A stretch of DNA of 18,615 nucleotides from an uncultured Gemmatimonadota bacterium (GCA_964626665.1 CAZVGK010000044.1:1-18615), one strand, 5' to 3'. Shown: positions 1-7,850, counted from the first letter of the stretch. Notes: a model not told the origin generated them from the sequence alone. Program-made: numbers and translations.

Positions 1-2
1 CG

Positions 3-1592
3 CCGAATGAGGACTTTATCGCCGTCGCAGGAGGTGAGGACCACAGCCTGGGGCTGAAGAAGGGCGCGCCAGAGTGTGAGGTCAACCCCGCGGGTCTCGA
101 TTTTGGAAGAGTGTTTGTTGGTGATTGGAAGGATTCAACGTTCACGATTAAGAACACGGGTGGTGGGAGCCTCACAGGCACAGTGAGTGAGTCCTGTGAT
201 CATTACAGTATTGTGTCGGGTGAAGGTGCTTACAGCTTAGCGGCTGATGAGTCATTGTTGGTGACGGTGCGTTTTGAGCCCAGTTCTGCTGGGGCGCACA
301 ACTGCACAATAGAAACAGGCAGTGCCCTTTGCAGTAATGTCTCTTGCACCGGTATTGGAGCCTACGATGTCACAATTGATGCATACTGCTATACTGAGAG
401 TGTGGCAGTAAGCGTAAGCATAACGATGGATGGGTCACCAACTGGATACAATACACCTCACACATTCACTAGCTTAACGGACACCCACACCTTTACCGTT
501 CCCGGCGTAGACCCACATGGCCATCCATTCAACCAATGGGATACCGGTGAAACAGATACAACAATAACAGTGACCACAGGTGGAACATACACAGCGAACT
601 ACATATCTCCTTATATCCCTGGAGATGTGAATGGTGATGGGACAGTCGATGAAGATGATGCCAGTTCGTTGGTGTCTTATCTCTATGGGGGCGGCGAAGG
701 ACCGCCATATTGGCAAGGTGCTGCTGATGTCAACGAGGATGGCTATGTGGACATATCCGATGGGGTGTGGATTTGCTACGATATCCTCCCCAAGGCAGCA
801 GTAGGCAAAGATAAAATCTTTACCCTCTTTAATCAGGACTACGGCAAGTTAAAGGTGGTCTGCAGTGGTCCCAGGGATCCAGGGGAAATTATGCATGTGG
901 TCATAGTGGCCGAGGCGGAGAACAATCCAGTGGAGGCTATAGGAATAGAGGAACTCCTATATCCCGCTTGCCTCACACCAGTAGGAGTCAGTTTTTATGC
1001 GGAAGCTGCTCAGGCCGACACTGTTGGATGGTCCTATGAAACCACAGATTCGGTCTCTTGTGAGGATTCAAATACATTTCGCCTGGGCATACTCTTCAGT
1101 CTTGAATGTGACTCCACCAAATATCTCTCCCCTGGCCCAGAGAAGAGCATAGCTCAGATAGACTTCCAGATAAGGGAAGATGCGTCCCTTGGTGCCTATC
1201 CAGTTTCCGTTCCTGAACATAAAGGCATGTTTAGCGTTCTTCATGGCAGCAGGCATGAGCCAGCGATTGAGATCGTTGATTCAGTTAGAGTGGGTGTTTA
1301 TCCCCAGGAGGAAAGTTCAAGCCTACCAAAGACCTTTGCCTTGGCTCAGAACTACCCTAATCCATTTAACCCCACTACTCAGATCAGATATGAGCTTCCT
1401 GTGGACTGCCAGGTGAGGTTAGAGGTCTACAATGTGGCAGGTCAAGAGGTGGCAACCCTCGTTGAGGAAGGGCAGAAAGCTGGATACAAGACGGCCAAGT
1501 GGGATGCGGGTTCTCTCTCCAGCGGAATTTACTTTTACAGGCTGCAGGCTGGGGACTTCGTGCAGACGAGGAAGATGATTTTAATCAGGTGA
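3..1592 (+). CDS. Secreted multidomain protein, 5'-truncated by the window edge: RCC1-like repeat, Ig-like domains, dockerin, cohesin-like domain, T9SS type A/FlgD-like C-terminal sorting domain
   Basis: The frame is open from base 3 (PNEDFIAVAGGEDHSLGLKKG, RCC1-like), so the GTG at 111 is internal. DFGRVFVG..TFTIKNTGGGSL is Ig/ASH-like. Paired Ca-binding loops GDVNGDGTVDEDD and ADVNEDGYVDISD indicate a dockerin (~618-790). LPKTFALAQNYPNPFNP..LSSGIYFYRL..TRKMILIR is a T9SS-type CTD. Confidence 0.85.
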   Translation, partial: PNEDFIAVAGGEDHSLGLKKGAPECEVNPAGLDFGRVFVGDWKDSTFTIKNTGGGSLTGTVSESCDHYSIVSGEGAYSLAADESLLVTVRFEPSSAGAHNCTIETGSALCSNVSCTGIGAYDVTIDAYCYTESVAVSVSITMDGSPTGYNTPHTFTSLTDTHTFTVPGVDPHGHPFNQWDTGETDTTITVTTGGTYTANYISPYIPGDVNGDGTVDEDDASSLVSYLYGGGEGPPYWQGAADVNEDGYVDISDGVWICYDILPKAAVGKDKIFTLFNQDYGKLKVVCSGPRDPGEIMHVVIVAEAENNPVEAIGIEELLYPACLTPVGVSFYAEAAQADTVGWSYETTDSVSCEDSNTFRLGILFSLECDSTKYLSPGPEKSIAQIDFQIREDASLGAYPVSVPEHKGMFSVLHGSRHEPAIEIVDSVRVGVYPQEESSSLPKTFALAQNYPNPFNPTTQIRYELPVDCQVRLEVYNVAGQEVATLVEEGQKAGYKTAKWDAGSLSSGIYFYRLQAGDFVQTRKMILIR

Positions 1593-1596
1593 GATA

Positions 1597-1638
1597 GTCA
1601 CAAGTGACAAGGGACAAGGGACAAGGGACAAGGCACAA
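1597..1638 (+). repeat. Heptamer tandem repeat G(T/G)(C/G)ACAA x6
   Basis: gtcacaa gtgacaa gggacaa gggacaa gggacaa ggcacaa; only 2 units in copy 2 (1864-1877). Confidence 0.9.
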
Positions 1639-1664
1639 GTGGAAGAACTGATGTGGATTGTGCT

Positions 1665-1726
1665 CGTAGGGGTTCGATTTATCGAACCCGCAAAGAGGGG
1701 CGGGTCGGATGAATCCGACCCCTACG
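1665..1726. repeat. GTAG-type REP doublet (REPIN-like)
   Basis: GTAG-GGGTTCGAT-TT-ATCGAACCC, followed by an inverted unit that reads GTAG-GGGTCGGAT-TC-ATCCGACCC on the minus strand. Confidence 0.8.
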
Positions 1727-1738
1727 AAAAATTGGGGT

Positions 1739-1762
1739 CTGTCAGGGCAGGAGCCCGGACAG
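1739..1762. repeat. Short imperfect palindrome GTCAGGGCAG(G/A)AGCCC(G/C)GAC, with further copies at 1978-2001 and 2128-2151
   Basis: ctgtcagggcaggagcccggacag (twice) and ccgtcagggcagaagccccgacgg; the outer stem co-varies (ctg/cag versus ccg/cgg). Confidence 0.7.
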
Positions 1763-1830
1763 CACTAAAGGTGAGAATCCGTGCCCATCTGTGGTTTATG
1801 CGTATTTTGGGATAAGAGTAAAGGTAGTAA

Positions 1831-2060
1831 AGACGAGGAAGATGATCTTGATCAGGTGAGATAGTCACAAGTCACAAGTGGAAGAACTGAAGTGGATCGC
1901 GCTCGTAGGGGTTCGATTTATCGAACCCGCAAAGAGGGGCGGGTCGGATGAATCCGACCCCTACGAAAAATTGGGGTCTGTCAGGGCAGGAGCCCGGACA
2001 GCACTAAAGGTGAGAATCCGTGCCCATCTGTGGTTTATGCGTATTTTGGGATAAGAGTAA
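1831..2060 (+). repeat. Direct repeat copy 2, including a stranded T9SS-tail coding fragment (KVVKTRKMILIR*)
   Basis: aag gta gta aag acg agg aag atg atc ttg atc agg tga at ~1821-1859, then the same downstream module as copy 1. Confidence 0.95.
1904..1965. repeat. GTAG-type REP doublet (second copy)
   Basis: Identical to 1665-1726. Confidence 0.8.
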
Positions 2061-2091
2061 CCTCCCGCAGATTCAAAATCTGCGGGAGGTT
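2059..2091. terminator. Perfect 15-bp inverted repeat between convergent genes; possible terminator or palindromic element
   Basis: aacctcccgcagatt-caa-aatctgcgggaggtt followed by an AT-rich tail. Confidence 0.55.
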
Positions 2092-2228
2092 TAATATTCT
2101 TGCTACCTCAGATAAGGGTCCTTAATGCCGTCAGGGCAGAAGCCCCGACGGGACAGAATCCTGATTATCTGCGTCCCAAAAAGCCTTGCCGCTTACGACT
2201 AAATTCAACATTCCCCCTCCTCTAAACT

Positions 2229-2498
2229 TCATCCTCTCTGGCTCCGCATCTTCTCCTCGTAATCCGGGAAGTAGCGGCTGATTACCCGGAGATCAAATGC
2301 AGGAAGTATCGACTCCGGCGGCTCTTTCCGCAAGAGGAAGGCAAATGAGGTCTCTACCAGCTCCTCCCTGCTCATCTGGTTGTTGGTTAAATACTGGTAA
2401 TAGCTGTCATCTATCCTCACAATATGTTCCGTGTGCGAGTCCCCTTCCTCTATGCTCACCAGGAATTCCCCCTGGTTTTTCCTTTTCACTTGCACCAT
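2229..2498 (-). CDS. Hypothetical protein (89 aa)
   Basis: ATG directly follows the upstream TAA (TAAATG), with GGAGG upstream; globular-looking sequence ending SFAFLLRKEPPESIL..FDLRVISRYFPDYE. Confidence 0.75.
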   Translation of the reverse strand: MVQVKRKNQGEFLVSIEEGDSHTEHIVRIDDSYYQYLTNNQMSREELVETSFAFLLRKEPPESILPAFDLRVISRYFPDYEEKMRSQRG

Positions 2499-2816
2499 TT
2501 AAGCCTCCTTACTCAACTCAGCCAATGCCTTGACTATGCTCCCTTTCCGCAGGAATAGCTTCACCCCCCTCTCCTCTAACCTGCCAATTCCCTTCTTGCC
2601 GATCTTACCAGCCACAATGACCGCACAATCATGAAGCAGTTCATAAACATCCAGCGTCTTAAGATGTTGCATAGTATCTGCGTAGGGATTCCCCCTTTTC
2701 TCCAGTAAGCTTAATTTTCCTCCCTCTCTCAACTGGTAGATATAAATTAGCTTTGCCCTACCCAACATTCCCGGAAAGATATGGAGACCATCTTCTGTGG
2801 GAATAGCAATTCTCAC
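2499..2816 (-). CDS. NifB/NifX-family (FeMo-cofactor-binding-like) protein
   Basis: MRIAIPTEDG..GRAK.IYIY..CAVIVAGKIGKKG..LEERGVK..GSIVKAL fits the NifX fold; canonical HFGRA is replaced by MLGRA. Confidence 0.8.
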   Translation of the reverse strand: MRIAIPTEDGLHIFPGMLGRAKLIYIYQLREGGKLSLLEKRGNPYADTMQHLKTLDVYELLHDCAVIVAGKIGKKGIGRLEERGVKLFLRKGSIVKALAELSKEA

Positions 2817-2823
2817 CGCATTT

Positions 2824-3474
2824 TCACCCCTTTTGCGCCCCTAACAATCTAATATAATCCTTAAAGAAGAGGTGCTCCTTTAGGTCTCCAAATCCATGGG
2901 TTGTCAGTATCCCTTTCCAGTCTCGCCCGATAAAGTCAAATGCATAGGGGCATTCCATCAGCTTAAAGGGGACCTTAAGGTAGAAGGGAGTTTCCTTATA
3001 GGAGAACTCATTGTAGTCCAAGATGAAGAGTTTCCCTTTTGGTTTGAGGATCTGAAAGGAGTTTCTCACGATTACCTCTCTTACCTCTTGGGGGAACCCG
3101 TGGAGTACAAAGGAGATAAAGACTTTATCGAACTCCCCGCTCAGGGGAAATGATTGGTCGATGCTGGCCTGCACGCCCCAAGCATGAGGGAAACGGCCAC
3201 ACCTCCTCCTGAACTGAAGGAGCATCTCCCGGGAGATGTCCACCGCCACTAATCTTCCCTCTGGCCCCAGGTGTTTCCTCATTAGGCAGGCATTCCGACC
3301 AGTGCCCGCCCCTAAGTCGAGGATCCTGTCCCCAGGGGAGATCCCCATCAACCCAATGCACTTCTCGATAAGTGACCCGTATCTATCCAGGCTAAGGACA
3401 TCCAGCAACCCATCGTAATGCTTCGCTGAAAACCCCTGTATTTCAACCTTTGATCCCGGATAGCGGGGGCTCAT
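2824..3474 (-). CDS. Class I SAM-dependent methyltransferase (UbiE-like fold)
   Basis: Motif I ILDLGAGTG, VDIS..ML, FDKV..SFVLH, LKPKGKLFILDY. Confidence 0.9.
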   Translation of the reverse strand: MSPRYPGSKVEIQGFSAKHYDGLLDVLSLDRYGSLIEKCIGLMGISPGDRILDLGAGTGRNACLMRKHLGPEGRLVAVDISREMLLQFRRRCGRFPHAWGVQASIDQSFPLSGEFDKVFISFVLHGFPQEVREVIVRNSFQILKPKGKLFILDYNEFSYKETPFYLKVPFKLMECPYAFDFIGRDWKGILTTHGFGDLKEHLFFKDYIRLLGAQKG

Positions 3475-3783
3475 TTAGCCTATCCATCCCTCCTTGGCCT
3501 TGGCCAGGAAGGTGTTTCGCTGCTCCTCGTTCATCTCCTTTACCTCAATTTCCAGCTCCGTGCCCAAACTTGCTATGGCCTGTTGCACGCTGTTGATAAT
3601 GTAATCCCTGATAGGGATCCCCAGAAAGGGGAGGGCCATGGTGACGACGGCTTTACCATCCGTAACGGCAATGTCGGCAATCATCCCTAAGTTCATTAAT
3701 GTATTGTTGATCTCGGGGTGGGGAACCTTGGCCAAAGTCTGCCGAATTTCTTCCTCCGAGGGAACATTATTCATTTTCTCCAT
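3475..3783 (-). CDS. DUF59/MIP18 (SufT-like, Fe-S assembly) domain protein
   Basis: EEIRQTLAKVPHPEINNTLMNLGMIADI..VVTMALP. ATG at 3783 has GGAGGAG upstream; the longer ORF start at 3855 runs through a repeat element. Confidence 0.8.
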   Translation of the reverse strand: MEKMNNVPSEEEIRQTLAKVPHPEINNTLMNLGMIADIAVTDGKAVVTMALPFLGIPIRDYIINSVQQAIASLGTELEIEVKEMNEEQRNTFLAKAKEGWIG

Positions 3784-3804
3784 CTCTCCTCCACAGAGCA
3801 TTTT

Positions 3805-3895
3805 CCCTCCCCCTTGATGGGGGAGGACTAAGGAGAGGGTAGAAATTATATCCATTCTTCCCTCACCCTAACCCTCTCCCACCAGGGGAGAGGGA
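3805..3895. repeat. Composite palindromic element: two related hairpin units in inverted orientation
   Basis: cctcccccttgatgggggaggactaaggagagggt ... ccctcaccctaaccctctcccaccaggggagaggga. The 35-bp left unit (3806-3840) recurs exactly at 12233-12267 and at 31/35 at 17641-17675. Confidence 0.85.
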
Positions 3896-3941
3896 ATTAC
3901 AAGGATACCTCACAGAACGGAGGGTTCTGATGGGTTCTCAC

Positions 3942-3973
3942 AAAAGGTGAGCCCCCGAGAGGGCCCACCTTTT
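3942..3973 (-). terminator. Intrinsic terminator downstream of groES (could act in both directions)
   Basis: Minus strand aaaaggtgggccc-tctcgg-gggctcacctttt, 8 bp after the groES stop. Confidence 0.7.
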
Positions 3974-3981
3974 ACTCTGCT

Positions 3982-4257
3982 TTACCCTACAACAATGGCA
4001 AGAATGTCCTGTCGCTGAACGATGAGATACTCTTTCCCTTCTAACTCCACCTCATCGCCCACATATTTACCGTATAATATCTTGTCTCCTACCTTGACCT
4101 TATCCTGCAGGTCCTCATCTGTCCCCACAGCGACTACCTTCCCCACCCGCGGTTTCTCCTTAGCAGTGTCAGGGATGATAATTCTTCCCTTCTTGGTCTC
4201 CTCCTCCTCCAACCTCTCCACCACCACCCGATCATCCAATGGTTTGAGCTTCATCAT
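3982..4257 (-). CDS. groES: Co-chaperonin GroES (Cpn10), with no adjacent groEL
   Basis: KLKPLDDRVVV..IIIPDTAKEKP..GKVVAVG..VKVGDKILY..EYLIV..DILA; SD AAGGAGG. Confidence 0.93.
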   Translation of the reverse strand: MMKLKPLDDRVVVERLEEEETKKGRIIIPDTAKEKPRVGKVVAVGTDEDLQDKVKVGDKILYGKYVGDEVELEGKEYLIVQRQDILAIVVG

Positions 4258-4277
4258 GGTCGCTCCTCCTTTCTTGG

Positions 4278-4529
4278 TTAGCGAATGCTTAACAGTCGAT
4301 TGATCTCTGGCCTGTTAAAGCCCACTACCGGGCGGTTATTAATCAACACCACGGGCACACCCCGGAAACCCCGACGGGCTAAGTCCTGCGCGGCACGGGC
4401 ATCCCTGGATACGTTCACCTCCCGGAAGCGGATGCGCTTTTCCCGCAGGTAACGTTTCACCGCTTGGCAGTAGGGACAGGTAGAACTGGTGAAGACAACC
4501 ACCCTGGTTTGGGTTTGCGTACTGTTCAT
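4278..4529 (-). CDS. Glutaredoxin-like protein (NrdH/YruB type)
   Basis: CPYC active site, GVPVVLI and VGFN motifs; SD GGAGGT. Confidence 0.9.
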   Translation of the reverse strand: MNSTQTQTRVVVFTSSTCPYCQAVKRYLREKRIRFREVNVSRDARAAQDLARRGFRGVPVVLINNRPVVGFNRPEINRLLSIR

Positions 4530-4608
4530 ACTTACACCTCCCTCTATAGGTTATTGTTCAACACCCTATCCCGGGCCGCACAACAGGTTTCATTATCAGC
4601 TCAACCTA

Positions 4609-4633
4609 CGCAACCTAAGGAGGTTGCGGCTAC
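4609..4633 (-). repeat. Single GTAG-type REP
   Basis: Minus strand GTAGC-CGCAACCT-CCTT-AGGTTGCG. Confidence 0.7.
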
Positions 4634-4862
4634 ATAAATTTCCACCTTCTTACGGTGCAGCCGAAGGGGGATTTTCACCTAAGAAGTGAACTGATCTTTT
4701 GGCAAACTATAGGTATTTTAATGCTCTCGGTGTTTCTTGCATAATTTGAGCCAATCACTGCTCCCTCTTGTCCCTCACCACAAAAACCTTGCCTTAGAAA
4801 GAAATCACCCTCTCTCCCCTTACCCCTTGGTTATAGCAATTCCCCTGGCCCGCGGCAGCTAT

Positions 4863-6182
4863 TCAACCCTCTTCCGGGAGACAGCTCCCACCCCCAGAAT
4901 CGCCCATCCCTCTATGCACCGGTTCCCGCAGCCTCAAACTGAGGAGAAACCCCATCAGGACAGTAGTCAATGTCAGCAGAAAAAGGGCAGTGTAGGAGAT
5001 ATGCTGCGCCACCAGCCCACCGATTAGGGGGAAGATCATTACCGGGAAGGTCAGCGTCCCGTTTATACTTACATAAGTGGGTCGATCCTTGGGGGGAGCA
5101 ATACCCAAGAGGAAATTTGTTCCCCCGACCCCTCTACCCGCGGCAAAGAACCCGATGAAGACAAACAGGAGGATGAAGAGGGCCGAAAAGCGGCCTGGGG
5201 TAATAAGGGCGATCAGGGGGACGAGCAGGCCCAGGAAGGCGCTAATCTGAATGACCATCTTATTGCTCACGAAGTCGGAGAGATAGGCCCAGAGTAGGTT
5301 GGACAAAACCCTGCCGAACATCTGGGCAGAGAGGAAGATGCCTACCATCCCCAACTTCACCATAAGAACATCTTTAGCATATAGGACATAGAAGGGCAAA
5401 GCCAAGGCACTTGCCCCAGTGAGTATCCCGACCCAGAGAAACCTCCTGTAGTTAGCGTCCTTCCGCAAAATACACAAAGCCTTCTTGAGAAATTCCCGAA
5501 AGGTTAACCGTTGTCCATAGACCTCCTCCACGGGCTCCCTTACTGAGCCTAAGGCCAAGTAAGATATGCCCATAAAAATGAAGGCAAGTGAAAAGAGCGC
5601 GGAGAAATTGGCCGGGAAACCGATGCTCTCCCCTCCCAAGATGCTTTTTGCCACAAACCCTGATCCGATGGCCAAGGCACTCCCCCACAGTTGCCGGTGG
5701 CCGAAGAACCTACCCCGGAGATGGGGGGGGAGGGCTTTTCCCCAGATATCGAAGAAGGGCACAACGGCTATTCCCCCCATAAGAGTAAACACCAAAAGAA
5801 AGAAGAAGAGGAGGAAGACCATTAGGTTCGGGTGGGTAGGAGCAAAGAGATAAGTAACCAGAGCAAGTAATCCCCAGCAGAGGGCCCGCACGGTAATAGC
5901 TATCCGCAAGATGGGCCGCTTATAGATCTTGTCCTCCAACCTGCTGGCCACAAACAACTGTGGAAGGACGGTGCCTATTCCCCCCAAGCTGCCCATAAAG
6001 GTGGAGGAGAGGCCCACCAGGGCCTTAGAGCTGGTGAAGCTGTTCAGGAAAACCGGAAGGATTGTATCAGGGTTGCCGAAAGCCTGCCCTCCGGTGAAGA
6101 ATATCCCGTGCAGTAACCCCATAGTAAAATTCCACTTTAGGTTTCGCCTCTCCCCCGTGGGTAACCTTCCCCCACTCTTCAT
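4863..6182 (-). CDS. MFS transporter
   Basis: About 12 hydrophobic segments; RGRFFG and WAYLSDFVSNK loop motifs; SD GGAGG. Confidence 0.88.
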   Translation of the reverse strand: MKSGGRLPTGERRNLKWNFTMGLLHGIFFTGGQAFGNPDTILPVFLNSFTSSKALVGLSSTFMGSLGGIGTVLPQLFVASRLEDKIYKRPILRIAITVRALCWGLLALVTYLFAPTHPNLMVFLLFFFLLVFTLMGGIAVVPFFDIWGKALPPHLRGRFFGHRQLWGSALAIGSGFVAKSILGGESIGFPANFSALFSLAFIFMGISYLALGSVREPVEEVYGQRLTFREFLKKALCILRKDANYRRFLWVGILTGASALALPFYVLYAKDVLMVKLGMVGIFLSAQMFGRVLSNLLWAYLSDFVSNKMVIQISAFLGLLVPLIALITPGRFSALFILLFVFIGFFAAGRGVGGTNFLLGIAPPKDRPTYVSINGTLTFPVMIFPLIGGLVAQHISYTALFLLTLTTVLMGFLLSLRLREPVHRGMGDSGGGSCLPEEG

Positions 6183-6255
6183 TCATCCTCCCTTCTCCCC
6201 CTGAGGGAGGATCCTCCATTGAGATTTCCTTGTTGCATTGGCTTCTGGTGGTTCG

Positions 6256-7788
6256 TTACTCTACGCAGCGGTTGAACTTATCCAACCCCACGACCCGCAA
6301 AAGGTTTAACTGGATCTCAGTCGGCAATGTGGTTTTTCTCACCCTCTTCCCCAAAATATCCATTTCTATAACCTTCAAAGGGGCAAATAGCTCCCAGGCC
6401 TCTCTGGCACTAAATTTCATATCCGCATCCCGTAAAATCCTCTCCAGCACGGACTCAATCAGGTAGGCGATGACCCGCACAGCCACCATTGGCTTTATCC
6501 AAGAGGACCTTCCCTCTCCCTGCGGGCCCGTTCCCTCCCATCCCTTCATTTGGGCAAAGACAGTCTGAACTTGGGTAAGCAACCGATAACCTCTGAGCAC
6601 CTCCTCAACAGGAAGCTTTTCCCTGTTGCTAAACAGGGTCATTATCCCATCGAGATGGGCATCCTTGGTTAGGGCAGCTCTGTCCAATTGATACCGGAGA
6701 TCCGCAGGCTCCCTGTAATCAAGAAGGAAATACCTCCTGGTCCCCTTAAATCTGAGCCACCTTTCCAGCTCCGGTTGCCCTTCCTTCCCATCTCCTTGAG
6801 CAGCAGCCAGCATTGGCCAGGAGGCCAAGTAGCGCAGCGACTCGTTGATCCTCTCCTCCCTCTCCAGGTTCTCCCTTCCCATCCTCCTGGGGTCGAAGAC
6901 AACAAAGACCTTTTGACCCTTCACCTTATAGGGCAATTGATATAGCCGGAGGTTCTCCCCTACCTCCTGCCATCTTTTATCCCGAGGTGGTGGAAGGGTA
7001 ACCCCGGGAGGGGGGTGGTCCAGGGCAAGGAATAGCTGCTCTCCCGCAGGGGAACGCCCGCTAAACCCCCGTACGGCCCTCCGCCACTCTATTTCCCCTA
7101 CCTCTTCACCCACTAAGCAAAAATGGGAGAGGGGCACACCCCCCTGATCCAGAAGAAGGAGAATGCTGAGCGGCAGGGGGAGAGAGGCCGGCTGCGGAGT
7201 ATGAAGGATCAGATTGCAGAGAATACGAGGGGAATCTGGCTGGAGAAGGGCCGCGATGCGGGGGAAGATCCAATCCTCCAACCTCTCCTTCTGCACCTCC
7301 AATAGCTTCATCGCCTGAGAGTAGTAACAGGGTCTGATCATCTGAGGGGAGACCCCAGGGATACATTGCCCTTTTACCCACTCCTGGAGAGCCAATTGGC
7401 CTGCTGACTTGAACAACCTGTTAAAGACCAACACCTTCAAAGCCATCTCCACTCCCAGCCTCCCAAGCCTATCATCGATTGCCTCCTGCAAGAAAGCCGA
7501 CAGCTCAAGCCTCTTCCAGATACAGTCAGCCAAAAGGAAAGGGCCATAATTAAGGGATGATCGGGGATTGACCTGACTACGGACCAGATCCTCATCTAAG
7601 GTGAGGCCGGAGAGCAGAGCCAGATCAACTCCTAACTTCTGCAGTTTCTCTGGGGACCATTGCTCGAGGTTGCCAAAATTAACCAAGGTCCTCTGGACCA
7701 CCTTTTTCTTCTGCCGCACGCTCTCCACCAACTTCAGATAGGTGTAAGTGCGCTTGCCCCTTTTTATGGTAATTGTTCTCAGAAACAA
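6256..7788 (-). CDS. IS1634-family transposase-derived protein with a degenerate DDE catalytic core
   Basis: The N-terminus (FLRT..KRGKRTYTYLKLVESVRQKKKVVQRTLVNFG), YGP..LWKRL-like segment, LVFNRL, LDG...L.SN and Y..L..V...F..MK match the IS1634 layout. Likely start is TTG at 7788 after AAGGAG (510 aa). Expected catalytic D and E positions read N and Q. Confidence 0.8.
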   Translation of the reverse strand: MFLRTITIKRGKRTYTYLKLVESVRQKKKVVQRTLVNFGNLEQWSPEKLQKLGVDLALLSGLTLDEDLVRSQVNPRSSLNYGPFLLADCIWKRLELSAFLQEAIDDRLGRLGVEMALKVLVFNRLFKSAGQLALQEWVKGQCIPGVSPQMIRPCYYSQAMKLLEVQKERLEDWIFPRIAALLQPDSPRILCNLILHTPQPASLPLPLSILLLLDQGGVPLSHFCLVGEEVGEIEWRRAVRGFSGRSPAGEQLFLALDHPPPGVTLPPPRDKRWQEVGENLRLYQLPYKVKGQKVFVVFDPRRMGRENLEREERINESLRYLASWPMLAAAQGDGKEGQPELERWLRFKGTRRYFLLDYREPADLRYQLDRAALTKDAHLDGIMTLFSNREKLPVEEVLRGYRLLTQVQTVFAQMKGWEGTGPQGEGRSSWIKPMVAVRVIAYLIESVLERILRDADMKFSAREAWELFAPLKVIEMDILGKRVRKTTLPTEIQLNLLRVVGLDKFNRCVE

Positions 7789-7821
7789 AACCTTCTCCTT
7801 AGCAATTTTAACAACACGGCA

Positions 7822-7850
7822 AGGATAAGAAAGCAACCTGAAATTGTCAA
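7822..7850 (-). promoter_or_regulatory. Sigma70-type promoter for the IS1634-like gene
   Basis: TTGACA (7850-7845), 17 bp spacer, TATCCT (7827-7822). Confidence 0.65.

Larger units (their letters stand above)
1564..1821 (+). repeat. Direct repeat copy 1 (last codons of the T9SS gene plus downstream palindrome module)
   Basis: Matches 1831-2060; 1662-1821 is identical to 1901-2060 (160 bp). Confidence 0.95.

Noticed and set aside
111-113. GTG at 111 as the true start of the first gene
   Set aside because: The frame is open from base 3 with protein-like sequence, and no signal peptide follows 111.
1564-2060. CRISPR array or DGR template/variable repeat pair
   Set aside because: Only two long units, no unique spacers, differences are not adenine-specific, and no cas or reverse transcriptase gene is in the window.
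4278-4292. CIRCE operator upstream of groES
   Set aside because: ttagcgaatgcttaa only starts like TTAGCACTC-N9-GAGTGCTAA and is the end of the grx coding sequence.
4530-4760. Riboswitch or CsoR-type operator upstream of grx
   Set aside because: Only fragments (ggcaaac, acctatag twice); no complete consensus could be built.
4737-5853. Plus-strand and alternate-frame ORFs overlapping the MFS gene, and similar shadow ORFs over other long genes
   Set aside because: They overlap well-supported genes and show no recognisable motifs.
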